Part shown: in pieces, positions 28,115 to 37,175 of the stretch | Layout: the number at the start of each line of letters is the position of its first letter | How positions within the stretch are numbered: the first letter of the stretch is position 1 | IMG/VR virus record: IMGVR_UViG_3300042391_000264 | DNA: 64,000 nt | Reading direction: 5' to 3' (one strand) | DNA from: an uncultured virus (IMG/VR IMGVR_UViG_3300042391_000264) | Lineage: Duplodnaviria; Heunggongvirae; Uroviricota; Caudoviricetes | The notes under the pieces: generated by a model | Seen by the model: only the letters and a program-made list of their open reading frames with translations | What the model was told of the DNA's origin: nothing | The model's database searches: none | Translations under genes and position numbers: made by a program

Positions 28115-29481
28115 GCTGGTAGGTATTTAGCCGAACGGCTGTTAGCGGCTACCTTGCCTTTTCCTACTGTTTTTCCACGAGCTTTTTGAATTCTATCCAT
28201 CATGGCATACAGCTTACGGGCACCAGCCTCAGTCGAGCCGTTACCAAGCTCAGACACAATCCGCGCTGGAACTACAAATTCTCCATCGGCGAGCCGAGCC
28301 GGTTGCTTCTTGCCAATCATTGCAGGAATAGAGTCAGAGATGCCGTCACCGGGGCCGCGCAGAAGTCTGCCGCCGTCGGAGTAGTCACCAAGGTTAGATA
28401 TGCCGCCTTCGGCAAACTGCGCTTGACCAGTGTAAGGATTCATGCCAACACCTTGCGGCCCGGTAACCACGTTTCGACTGATTGGCTGCTGATACGGAGT
28501 TGCGTACGCGCCCGTATCTATGGCGGCTTGCGGATAGCCAGTGTTCATACCTATCGCATTGGCGTCTGACATTGCCTCAACGGGCCCGCCGGACGCATAG
28601 CCGTACATGCTTTTAGCTGTTGCATCGTCAATTGGCATGTACGAGGGGTTGAAATACTTTTGTTCTTTGCCAAAGTTTCGACCTTGATTGTCGTAACCGG
28701 GCACGTCAGGGTTAGGTGTTGGTGTTTGCGTTCCAGCGTTAAATTTATACCGTTGTCCCAGACTGGTGTCTTGCTTCATATCTGGTTGTTTAGTGGTTGT
28801 CTCCAGAAGCATCGGGGCCGCTGCCGCAAGTCCGGCCATACCCAAACCTTTAGTCCCACCAATCTGAGTCATAAAAGCATCGCGACCGGCTCCAGAGCCA
28901 AGATTTGACAAACCACTACCCATTGTTTTCAGTTTTTCCAACGGCCCTGCATTTTGAAATGCGGTTGTTGCTGCGTTTGACGCATCTACATACGGTTGCG
29001 TTTTGCCCAAAATGCTGGCTGCGTAATCTGGAACCATAGCGGGAGTTAGCCCGCTAGCAGGAACAGCGCCAGCAAGTTCTGCTATGCCAGCTTGCGTTTG
29101 TGCAAGTTGGGGGGCTACTGAAGCTTGCACCCCCGCGCCAGCCAAAGCCGAGCCCAAACCAGCGCCACCGTAAGCACCAAGACCAGCCTTCAGACCTTCT
29201 TTTAGGCTACCTGTAGCCAGTCCATAACCTCCACCAACAAGGCCTGCGGCCATCAAAGGGCCGACACCCGGAATCATAGAGACCCCTGCGCCAATCAGCA
29301 TAGGCAGCAAAGACGACAAAAAGCCTGCCTCTGGCAGACCCGTATCTGGGTTAATTGTGAGTGACCCGCCGTGCGCCATTGCCAATTGTTGGAGGCTTTT
29401 GACTTCTCCGGGGGCCATGTGGACAAGCATAGAGTCCGGCCCACGGCCAAACGAAGCGAGTCCTTGTGCGGTTTGATTCAT
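28111..29481 (-). CDS. Internal virion protein
   Basis: GRGPDSMLVH, TINPDTGLPEA, Gly-rich hydrophobic segment, GPGDGISDSIPA...LADGEFVV. Confidence 0.65.
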   Translation of the reverse strand: MNQTAQGLASFGRGPDSMLVHMAPGEVKSLQQLAMAHGGSLTINPDTGLPEAGFLSSLLPMLIGAGVSMIPGVGPLMAAGLVGGGYGLATGSLKEGLKAGLGAYGGAGLGSALAGAGVQASVAPQLAQTQAGIAELAGAVPASGLTPAMVPDYAASILGKTQPYVDASNAATTAFQNAGPLEKLKTMGSGLSNLGSGAGRDAFMTQIGGTKGLGMAGLAAAAPMLLETTTKQPDMKQDTSLGQRYKFNAGTQTPTPNPDVPGYDNQGRNFGKEQKYFNPSYMPIDDATAKSMYGYASGGPVEAMSDANAIGMNTGYPQAAIDTGAYATPYQQPISRNVVTGPQGVGMNPYTGQAQFAEGGISNLGDYSDGGRLLRGPGDGISDSIPAMIGKKQPARLADGEFVVPARIVSELGNGSTEAGARKLYAMMDRIQKARGKTVGKGKVAANSRSAKYLPA

Positions 29482-29516
29482 GGTTGCCTCTGAAGTCGGG
29501 GGGTGGGTCAAGTTTA

Positions 29517-29828
29517 TCATGGTGCTACCTTTAACACAAACGACGTTGTATCATAGTAAACATCCCCGGTTTTAAGCCTACCTGCTGCTTGGTCTACCTG
29601 TGTTGGAAGACTGATACGCAGAGTCCCGGCTGTCACTCCGGGTTGGCTAAAACTGAGTGCGGTGACGATCGCGTTATTTATATTCTGTGTGGCGGCAAGA
29701 ACTGCACCGGGGTTATCTAGCTGATTAAAGTACAGACGTATAGCACTAAGCAACACCTCCATGAACTGCTGGTCATATTCAAGCGGAGGACTAGGAAGAC
29801 GCGGAGCGCGAACTAGGGGGTTGCTCAT
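29517..29828 (-). CDS. Hypothetical virion-module protein
   Basis: LP.PP.EYD...IRLYFNQLD. Confidence 0.75.
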   Translation of the reverse strand: MSNPLVRAPRLPSPPLEYDQQFMEVLLSAIRLYFNQLDNPGAVLAATQNINNAIVTALSFSQPGVTAGTLRISLPTQVDQAAGRLKTGDVYYDTTSFVLKVAP

Positions 29829-29830
29829 GC

Positions 29831-31762
29831 TTACCTTCTACCGTCTGGTCGTACTTCAATCCGGGGGACACCAAGCTGCCAAGCTGTGCCTAGCGTGTCG
29901 GAGCCCACTTTAAACGCCATCTGACGCCCGCGAATCCTGACATAGACCTGCTCAGTAAACTGCTGCACGTTGTACGTGCGCTGTCCAGCGTAACTAATGC
30001 TGCTTATGACTTCAGGGTTGTTTGAGTTGCCGTAGTTGGAGCCGGGGAACTGCCGAGGCCGAACCGTAAAGTCCAACGTAGGAGCATTAACTGTGGAGCC
30101 ATCAAAGGTCACGTCTGGAATAAGCCGCCAGACAAACCCAAAGTTGTGCCCATCCCCAATATCAAAGTCAGCAGACTGCACAAAACAAGTAATGGGCGAA
30201 GGTGGATTAGTCGTACCGTCATCCACACCAATCTCGTGATACAAAAGCTGATTCGCGTAGGTGGTCGCCATTGGCTCCACGCGCAGGGGGCTGTCCAACC
30301 AAGCAGTACGCGCTAACGTGCCGTAGTACCAAATTCTCTCAAGGTAGTTGTACACCACGTACTTGTCGATGGTGGATGAATTGGCCGAGCAGTAGTACCA
30401 CCAGATTTCATTGAACCCCTCGTTCGTGCCAGCAAAAAACTGAAAAGACTGCGACAAGTTGATGTCGTTGTAAACATAGGAACGCAGTGTGCACGGCAGC
30501 GTTTCAACACGACCGGAGTACATATAGAACTTGTCCACACCCATCCAGTAGGTGATGTTGTTGGCTGTAGCCGCTGCGTTTGGCCCAACAATAGACAAGT
30601 TGTCACCAAGAATCTGGAAACCCCAGACGTAGGGAGCGCCCAAGTACTGCATAGAGTAAATGGCCGCATCTGTCCAGACCAAAATTTCTTGCCGAGCCTG
30701 CATGGCGGTGACGATCTGGGAGCCGTGACTAAGCGTGTAGCTGCCCGCTTGATTGGTAACAGCCGGTGTCCACTGTGTGTAATCTTCTTGGTCTGACCAG
30801 CGTACCAGCATGGGGTTCTGTACAGCGGAACCGTAGTCGTTTACACCAAAACAGATTACAAATCGTGAGGCGTCCGACACCATAACAAAGTTACAAATGT
30901 CTGGGGTATCCCCGGTAGTAAGCAGAGTGCCCCTATCAAAGATTGTTGGGTTGGCGTTGACTTCCCAGTAGTACAGCCCGCCGCCACGAGGATTAAAAAT
31001 TAAGTCCTCTCCAAAGTTTGATTGACTCCACAAACGAAGCTGAACGCCGAGGCCCACACCAGCGGGTGCAGCAGAACCCCAGCCTGTGCTTGTGTATCCG
31101 GTGTTGATACCGCCCCAACCACCAGAACCCCAGCCCACACTGACCGTGTAAACATCAGAGCCAGTCGTGATTTGGTACGCACCCACAGTAGCACTGCCGC
31201 CGTTGCCGACATCCGAAGCGTTTGCCGCAACAGCGGAAGTGATTGTGTAGACGTTGTTGCTGGTGACGGCTACTACTTGATACTCTTTATTGAGAACGGT
31301 AGCGGTAATTACCCCGCCAAGGCTGACTGCACCACTGTATGTAACAAAGTCTCCAGCCTGCGCCCCGTGCGCGGCATCGGTAACTGTTAGGGTGGTTGAG
31401 CCGTTGGTGGCCGCAAAAGTTACATCCCCAGCAGCGGTTGTAAGGCGTAGGGGGGTGACGTCGTAGAAAGAGCCGCCAGTGCCGTTTTGGATATAGAACT
31501 TAAGGTTGGTTCCAACGCCCAGCAGGTTGTAGCTAGATAGTGTGATCCAGTTCCACAGTGAACGACAGACGCCCCAGAACGAGCCCGCAGGGGGTGTTAG
31601 AGTGGCATTAGTTGTTCCCGTGTCTGCAACCCAGCCGCCAATCTTCTCCGCTGAGCCCGAACGAAAGCGCACCTTGTCGCTTTCAAACCAACCGCCCTCA
31701 TTACTTAAAGTTGTACTTTCTCGGTTGACTCCCGGCCTAAACTGAAGTTTTTGTAATGGCAT
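29831..31762 (-). CDS. Tail nozzle / DNA stabilisation protein (P22 gp10/T7 gp12-like)
   Basis: 643 aa, beta-rich; VRWSDQED..W motif; podovirus synteny. Confidence 0.75.
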   Translation of the reverse strand: MPLQKLQFRPGVNRESTTLSNEGGWFESDKVRFRSGSAEKIGGWVADTGTTNATLTPPAGSFWGVCRSLWNWITLSSYNLLGVGTNLKFYIQNGTGGSFYDVTPLRLTTAAGDVTFAATNGSTTLTVTDAAHGAQAGDFVTYSGAVSLGGVITATVLNKEYQVVAVTSNNVYTITSAVAANASDVGNGGSATVGAYQITTGSDVYTVSVGWGSGGWGGINTGYTSTGWGSAAPAGVGLGVQLRLWSQSNFGEDLIFNPRGGGLYYWEVNANPTIFDRGTLLTTGDTPDICNFVMVSDASRFVICFGVNDYGSAVQNPMLVRWSDQEDYTQWTPAVTNQAGSYTLSHGSQIVTAMQARQEILVWTDAAIYSMQYLGAPYVWGFQILGDNLSIVGPNAAATANNITYWMGVDKFYMYSGRVETLPCTLRSYVYNDINLSQSFQFFAGTNEGFNEIWWYYCSANSSTIDKYVVYNYLERIWYYGTLARTAWLDSPLRVEPMATTYANQLLYHEIGVDDGTTNPPSPITCFVQSADFDIGDGHNFGFVWRLIPDVTFDGSTVNAPTLDFTVRPRQFPGSNYGNSNNPEVISSISYAGQRTYNVQQFTEQVYVRIRGRQMAFKVGSDTLGTAWQLGVPRIEVRPDGRR

Positions 31763-31780
31763 GGTTCATTTTCTCACGTA

Positions 31781-32212
31781 TCAGGCAAAAGGTCGAGTGC
31801 CCGCTTTGTCGATGATAAGCGCATTGCCTCTTGGTTCTGCATCTTCAGTATTTGGGATGCTGATATGCGTCCATCGGTCGAACTCACGGATGATCTGGTC
31901 ATAGGGTAAACCCGCAGCAATCACCGCACGGACTACCTCATCGGGGGTAACGCCGGGTACTCGGAGGTCAGCCGCGCAACCCCTACGGTGTTGAGACCGG
32001 TCAGAACTTCCAACTGCATCATTGACCTGTTTGCTGCGGAAGGCAGAGTTAATCATCACAGGCTTGCCACCAAGGGTTTCCTTAACCTGCTCCAGCAATT
32101 GCGCCAAGCGTTGCAGGTTGCTGATTTCTTCCTGTGTCGGGCTGTTGTCAAACTCACGGTGGTCGGTGACGGTCAGTTCGTCAAGGGTAAAGTGTTTACT
32201 TAGGTGGGTCAT
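31781..32212 (-). CDS. Endolysin, peptidase M15A family
   Basis: HFTLDEL, INSAFRS, SQH...AAD and WTHIS Zn-binding motifs. Confidence 0.9.
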   Translation of the reverse strand: MTHLSKHFTLDELTVTDHREFDNSPTQEEISNLQRLAQLLEQVKETLGGKPVMINSAFRSKQVNDAVGSSDRSQHRRGCAADLRVPGVTPDEVVRAVIAAGLPYDQIIREFDRWTHISIPNTEDAEPRGNALIIDKAGTRPFA

Positions 32213-32625
32213 TTTTTACCTTTCATGTCGGCTAGTTTCTCAAGCGTTCTGCCGCCAAAATACGCACCCATTACGAGCATACCCCACTGCCCAAGCAGCG
32301 TAACGTAAGACTCGGAAATCTTAAAGCCGAAGCCGTCCAGAATAGCCAGCGTAAGGTACGCTGTCAGGATATATACCAAAGTCATTGGGCGCACATTTTT
32401 AGACAGCCATGAATCCGAGGCCATGTCAGCCTTCCAGCGGTCTGTGGTGTTTCCCTGCTCGGCTTTAAAGAGTTCTGCCTCGTTTGCCATTTCAGCCAGT
32501 TTGCCGTTTTGCTGCATCTGAAACAGTTCCGCTTTGGCCTTTTCAGCAGCAATCGGGTCAGGCAAAAAACGGTCAATGAGTTTGCCCCCAATAGCGGCAA
32601 GTGGGTTTAGGTCACTCAAGGTCAT
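32209..32625 (-). CDS. Holin, 3TM (GTA-holin-like)
   Basis: DMASDSWLSKNVRP, two hydrophobic segments, YFGGRTLEK. Confidence 0.85.
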   Translation of the reverse strand: MTLSDLNPLAAIGGKLIDRFLPDPIAAEKAKAELFQMQQNGKLAEMANEAELFKAEQGNTTDRWKADMASDSWLSKNVRPMTLVYILTAYLTLAILDGFGFKISESYVTLLGQWGMLVMGAYFGGRTLEKLADMKGKK

Positions 32626-33239
32626 TGTTTACTCCTAGATAACATGGTTGCAGCAATACTCAGCATGGTTCGTGCTGATTCTAAGTTTTCGGGTTCGGTT
32701 TCCCATCCCACGGTTATCTGCCCCACAAACCGCCCCGGTTCTGGTGGAACACTGATTCTGCAAGTATAGGTAACACCCTTGTTGATGTACCAAATACCCA
32801 TTTCAGACTGCGCCGTGCGGTACTCTCCGCAAGGGATTTCATTCGCCATCAGCTTCACAACGTCGGCGTTATTGGCTGCGTTGTTTGTAAATAGGCCAAC
32901 ATCCAGCCCATCATTGGTTTTGTCTCTGCCGTCCTTGGCGTAGGCTCGATACAGCACACGAGTCCCAAACATAGGGTTGACTTTAAACACTGCAACGATA
33001 GTGGCGTTGGTGGTCTTGAACAGGTGGGCAGAGGCGTCCTCCACCCTGTCCTCGGCAATGCTGGGTATCTTCTTGGATTCTTTGTAAGCGCCAATAAGCA
33101 GGTCTTGGTTTGTGTACACAAAGTAACCAGCGAAAGCAACTACGCCCATGATAAGGATGGCGGCAAGTTTAAATGGAGAATCCACATACCCAAGAACTTT
33201 GTCAAGGGTCGAATTGGCATTTAAATTTTCTTCGCTCAC
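32622..33239 (-). CDS. Single-TM protein with GAF-like domain, resembling T4 holin T
   Basis: GTG start overlapping the upstream TGA; TM LAAILIMGVVAFAGYFVY; C-terminus VGQITVGW...LESARTMLSIAATMLSRSK. Confidence 0.55.
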   Translation of the reverse strand: MSEENLNANSTLDKVLGYVDSPFKLAAILIMGVVAFAGYFVYTNQDLLIGAYKESKKIPSIAEDRVEDASAHLFKTTNATIVAVFKVNPMFGTRVLYRAYAKDGRDKTNDGLDVGLFTNNAANNADVVKLMANEIPCGEYRTAQSEMGIWYINKGVTYTCRISVPPEPGRFVGQITVGWETEPENLESARTMLSIAATMLSRSKQ

Positions 33240-33709
33240 AGCTTCCCTTTCATTTCGATTACGCCCCACGCCACTAAGAAAATAATGGCTGCTGCAACTA
33301 GTATGCAAAGCCCCATCGTGATGGCTTCGTCTATCTCCTGCTTCCTGTTCTTAGCCGCCCTAGCATCCAGTATCTCCTGTGTTCTCCTGCGCTGCACAAT
33401 CGAGTTACGCTCAAGAAGAATCTGACTCCAAAGCTGGCTGTGGCCCTGATTGATAAAGTGCCATTTCAATTCCTCTTCAGCCTTGTTCAACTCATGCAGT
33501 TGCATTACCGTGGACATTGCTTGGCTGGTATCAGAAGAGTATTTCTTCTTCGGGTCTTTGACCGCTTCCTTGGCTACCTTTTCCTTTGCGTCAAAAAACT
33601 TCATCACGTCATTCGTGATGCCTTGGACATCCTTGCCCATTTTTATAGCAGCTTGGATGCCTTTTATAGCACCCTGTGCTATGGCAAATGCACTAATTGG
33701 GTCGATCAT
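33236..33709 (-). CDS. Membrane-anchored protein in the lysis region
   Basis: MIDPISAFA N-terminus, coiled coil, C-terminal TM. Confidence 0.75.
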   Translation of the reverse strand: MIDPISAFAIAQGAIKGIQAAIKMGKDVQGITNDVMKFFDAKEKVAKEAVKDPKKKYSSDTSQAMSTVMQLHELNKAEEELKWHFINQGHSQLWSQILLERNSIVQRRRTQEILDARAAKNRKQEIDEAITMGLCILVAAAIIFLVAWGVIEMKGKL

Positions 33710-33863
33710 TCTTGACCTCCAGCACCCAACGGCACACCCTACCGTCTTTGTCTAAAAACTCATTTGCGCCATACTTTTCCTGCGGCAGCACGACACGGCA
33801 CACCAACACAATCTTTGTCTCTGTGTTGGGCCAAGGTATCTGTGCTGAAGCAACATCAATCAT
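33693..33863 (-). CDS. Small two-Cys protein (56 aa)
   Basis: Hand-translated MIDVASAQIPWP...VCRVV...VCRWVLEVKNDRPN; ATGA coupling. Confidence 0.55.
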   Translation of the reverse strand: MIDVASAQIPWPNTETKIVLVCRVVLPQEKYGANEFLDKDGRVCRWVLEVKNDRPN

Positions 33864-34186
33864 TGCACCGTAGGTTGTACTTGTACGGTATTCTCTACGC
33901 CAACCAATGGCAATACGGTTGCAAGTGACGTATCCACAGCGGGGTTAAGCACAGCTTCTTGCGTTTCAAACCAAGCCACCGGAGCGCGAGCCGCAATAAA
34001 TGCGTTGAGGGCATCTCCTTGTGGGCACGGTACAGGCAAGTCAAAAGAAAAGTCTGTACGGCAACGACGGATTACGTTGTCTAGCACGTCCGTAGCAAGC
34101 ATTGCCTCTGTAATGATGTCTGTGTAAAACCGCACAACGATAGAGTGCTGGTTTGTATTTACTTCAACGATTTTGTATTTAATCAC
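33860..34186 (-). CDS. Hypothetical (adhesin-associated) protein
   Basis: GTGA overlap with the adhesin stop codon. Confidence 0.7.
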   Translation of the reverse strand: MIKYKIVEVNTNQHSIVVRFYTDIITEAMLATDVLDNVIRRCRTDFSFDLPVPCPQGDALNAFIAARAPVAWFETQEAVLNPAVDTSLATVLPLVGVENTVQVQPTVQ

Positions 34187-35034
34187 GATGCTGTTCCATT
34201 TCTTGTTCCAAATGCTATCCATGTAACGTTTGAGTTGCCTTGTACATACGCTCCAATAGAGCCAGCAGCACCTGTTCCGCCGGAACTTCCGGCAGCACCA
34301 CCAGCACCACCTGCTCCGCCAACATAACCACTATTACTAGTACCACCAGCAGCACCAGCGGCCCCAGAGCCGCCGCCATTACCACCAACCCCAGAAGCGC
34401 CAAAGACAGACGGGCCACCACTGAATGGGCCACCACCAGCAACGCTATAACCATTACCACCTGTTCCGCCATAAAGCGAGCCGGTAAAAGGGCTATTGAA
34501 GCCCCCGCCGCCGCCGCCCCCGCCGCCTGATTGAGTGCCCGGAGCACCACCTGAACCGCCTGAGCCGCCAGTTCCACCAGAGATAGTGTTTATGTTGTTA
34601 ATAGATACGGCGACCGAAGCAAGGATTGCAAGTCCACCTGTTCCACCTGCTCCGCCTGCGGTTCCGCTTCCGGCAGCACCACCAGCAGAGCCGCTATTAC
34701 CATTAGCATCACCGTACCCGCCAGCGCCACCAATACCTGCTGCGCCGTTAGCTCCAACTGAGCCTGTTCCGCCTGTTGAACCGGTATAACCTCGGATTAA
34801 CCCGCTGTTTACTAGTGTTACCCCTCTAGGGAATGACCCGTTAATGGTTAATGACGTGCTAGACCCAGTTCCACTGATTGTGTTTCCTGAAGGGACTGTT
34901 GCAATTACCTCAAAAATACCGTTCCAACCTGCCGCTAATGCTTGTGTTCGCAAGTTTAAATTTGACCCCGTAGTGAGGTTAAACGCAAACTTGGGTAGTT
35001 TTGCAGTAAAAAAAGTATTGATTGCTGCGAACAT
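34183..35034 (-). CDS. Glycine-rich receptor-binding adhesin (T-even gp38-like)
   Basis: LVNSGLIRG, multiple poly-Gly tracts, GAAG...VTW...G C-terminus. Confidence 0.75.
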   Translation of the reverse strand: MFAAINTFFTAKLPKFAFNLTTGSNLNLRTQALAAGWNGIFEVIATVPSGNTISGTGSSTSLTINGSFPRGVTLVNSGLIRGYTGSTGGTGSVGANGAAGIGGAGGYGDANGNSGSAGGAAGSGTAGGAGGTGGLAILASVAVSINNINTISGGTGGSGGSGGAPGTQSGGGGGGGGGFNSPFTGSLYGGTGGNGYSVAGGGPFSGGPSVFGASGVGGNGGGSGAAGAAGGTSNSGYVGGAGGAGGAAGSSGGTGAAGSIGAYVQGNSNVTWIAFGTRNGTAS

Positions 35035-35906
35035 TATGCAAACGCCTGTGCGTAGTTACCATACCAAACAGAACCGATAGCGACAAAGGTAAAAATGTCT
35101 ACGGCTGAAGCTGTTGCTGTAACAACTGGCGCTGCACCCGCAGGCCACTTTACCCCTGAAAAGGTAGCAGTGGTCATCCCAGAAGCTGCTTGAGTTAACC
35201 GCAAGATAAAGCTTTTACCAGCCGTTGCTGTCGGCATGGTGAATGTACAGGGGACTGAAGCTGTCAGGGTTGCGGTCTGTACCGTACCGCTAGTTAATGC
35301 TAATGTGCTGGAAGCGCCAACAGTTCCAATTGCTACGACCGATTCGGTGTAGTTTGTAATTGTTGAGTTGGTAATTATTGGGGTGGTAATCGTTGGGGTA
35401 GTGTTAAGTACCACAGACCCAGACCCGGTAGAAGTGGTTACACCCGTACCACCATTGACAACTGCTAGAACTCCGGTCAGATCGGCCGTCTCGATAGTGT
35501 AGAAGTTTGTACCATCGCTGAATACCAAGAGCTTCTTGCCCGCTGGGACTGCGATGCCTGTGCCCGCTGCGGTTGTATTGCCCAGCACCGTAGAGTTGTA
35601 GACCGTCGCTGTAAACGCAGTAGTGTTGTAGATGATGTAGGTCTTCTCCTGCGGTGGAGCATAGACGGCGAAGTTAGCTCCGGTTGTGGTGGTCAGTGCA
35701 ATGACGGCATTTCGCGCTTGGTCAGCAGCCCCGTCTAGCGCAGTGAAGGCTTGGTTGGCCGAGGTAACGGACACCGCCACGTACCCAGCAATAGCCGACT
35801 CAATGATCGTGCCGAGGTTGCTGTTGGTTGTGGTGTTCCACGTACCGGCTTGGTCGCCAGCGCCAATCAGTTCGATCCGAAGCGAGGGGGAGTAGGTGCT
35901 TGCCAT
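35034..35906 (-). CDS. Tail fibre/anchor protein
   Basis: MASTYSPSLRIELIG.G.Q.GTW; LAV.NGGTG motif; VKWP.G.AP domain. Confidence 0.7.
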   Translation of the reverse strand: MASTYSPSLRIELIGAGDQAGTWNTTTNSNLGTIIESAIAGYVAVSVTSANQAFTALDGAADQARNAVIALTTTTGANFAVYAPPQEKTYIIYNTTAFTATVYNSTVLGNTTAAGTGIAVPAGKKLLVFSDGTNFYTIETADLTGVLAVVNGGTGVTTSTGSGSVVLNTTPTITTPIITNSTITNYTESVVAIGTVGASSTLALTSGTVQTATLTASVPCTFTMPTATAGKSFILRLTQAASGMTTATFSGVKWPAGAAPVVTATASAVDIFTFVAIGSVWYGNYAQAFA

Positions 35907-35939
35907 AGGAGTCCTTTAGTTAAGGGTATTTTCGCAGGT

Positions 35940-36089
35940 TTAGGGCGTACTGTCAGCAGGTAGTGGTGTATTGCCTTCAGCAAGCCAAGCTAGGTACTGG
36001 GTGTAGTCTGAATTTGCAGTGTCAAAGGGGATGAAAGCACTGTCTGCTAGACGTTTTACTTGGTTTGAATTTTGCGTTAATTGGTACAT
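35940..36089 (-). CDS. Small tail-fibre chaperone-like protein (49 aa)
   Basis: Hand-translated ...[28 protein letters not shown]. Confidence 0.7.
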   Translation of the reverse strand: MYQLTQNSNQVKRLADSAFIPFDTANSDYTQYLAWLAEGNTPLPADSTP

Positions 36090-36099
36090 AATTTATTCC

Positions 36100-37023
36100 T
36101 TAAGCTACTTCGGCGGAGCCAACAATTGTTCCAGAATGCACTGCACCTGATGCACCAGTACCAGTAACACCCATATTCCAAGCAACCGAACCTATTGCGG
36201 AAGCGTTATTTATGATTGCAAGCGCAATAATTGCTGATGAAGCGGAAACGGTTGGAGTAGCTCGTTTTGTGGTTGACCACTGTCCACATAAAATTGGAGA
36301 TACATTTCCTGATATGTACGAAATATATTGACTAGCTGCCTGTTGTTCGTAGTATCTTTCGCACAAATCCAACTCCGTCCCGAAAGGCCGACGGTCAAAC
36401 GATGTGGCTGTACTGCCTTTTTCTAGTTGGACATTGCCCACGGTAAACGTACCTGATGTTTGCGCTCCTACGGTGAACAGAATCTCAATACCAGTAGTTG
36501 CGGCAGCAGGGATGCTAATCTGTGTGGAGAAGTTGGTTACCGCCGAAGTAACAGTGAATGTGCCTGTAGCAATCTGAGTCTTGGTTGGTGTACCAATTGT
36601 GCCAAAAGTGTTAGCAGTCGTAGCGTAATTAGCCGTCCAAGTGACTGTAGTCAATACAGTGTTAGCCAAGTCAACAGACAATGTAGCCGTTGAACCTGCC
36701 ATGTCGTAGCTGTTGCTCTGTTCAATACGCTGACCCACGCCTACGGCTGTTACAGATGCTGCACCAGTGATTTGGAGTCGGTACTGAGTAGCACCAGAAC
36801 CAGCTACTTGAGCCGCTGTGACGTTAGCACCAGTGGAGTAGACGAAGAAGCGGTCAACGCATGGGTAGCCAGTTGATGATGTTGGTACAGTAGTTCCTGC
36901 GGTCACTGTGGCTGATGTGGCCCGTTGTGACAATGCCATATTCCCATTTATCAGCCTGTTCTTGAAGCCTGTGTACTGGGCGTTTGTACCCAGTAAGCCT
37001 TGGTCAACAACTGTTAAAGCCAT
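36100..37023 (-). CDS. Tail fibre / carbohydrate-binding-like protein
   Basis: KNRLINGNM...QR; VQLEKGSTATSF..R.FGTEL.LC.RYY. Confidence 0.75.
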   Translation of the reverse strand: MALTVVDQGLLGTNAQYTGFKNRLINGNMALSQRATSATVTAGTTVPTSSTGYPCVDRFFVYSTGANVTAAQVAGSGATQYRLQITGAASVTAVGVGQRIEQSNSYDMAGSTATLSVDLANTVLTTVTWTANYATTANTFGTIGTPTKTQIATGTFTVTSAVTNFSTQISIPAAATTGIEILFTVGAQTSGTFTVGNVQLEKGSTATSFDRRPFGTELDLCERYYEQQAASQYISYISGNVSPILCGQWSTTKRATPTVSASSAIIALAIINNASAIGSVAWNMGVTGTGASGAVHSGTIVGSAEVA

Positions 37024-37175
37024 TATTGGTTCTCCTCTGCTGGCAATGGGGTGTTACCAAGTGCAAGCCAAGCAAGATAGGCTTCAGCGGTCACAATGCA
37101 TGACTCTTGACGACCATCAGGCCATTCACGCCACACAACATTTTCAAAAATAAGTTTCCAAGTTGGCTCGTTCAT
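37023..37175 (-). CDS. Small tail-fibre chaperone-like protein (50 aa)
   Basis: Hand-translated ...YLAWLALGNTPLPAEE; paralog of 35940..36089. Confidence 0.7.
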   Translation of the reverse strand: MNEPTWKLIFENVVWREWPDGRQESCIVTAEAYLAWLALGNTPLPAEENQ

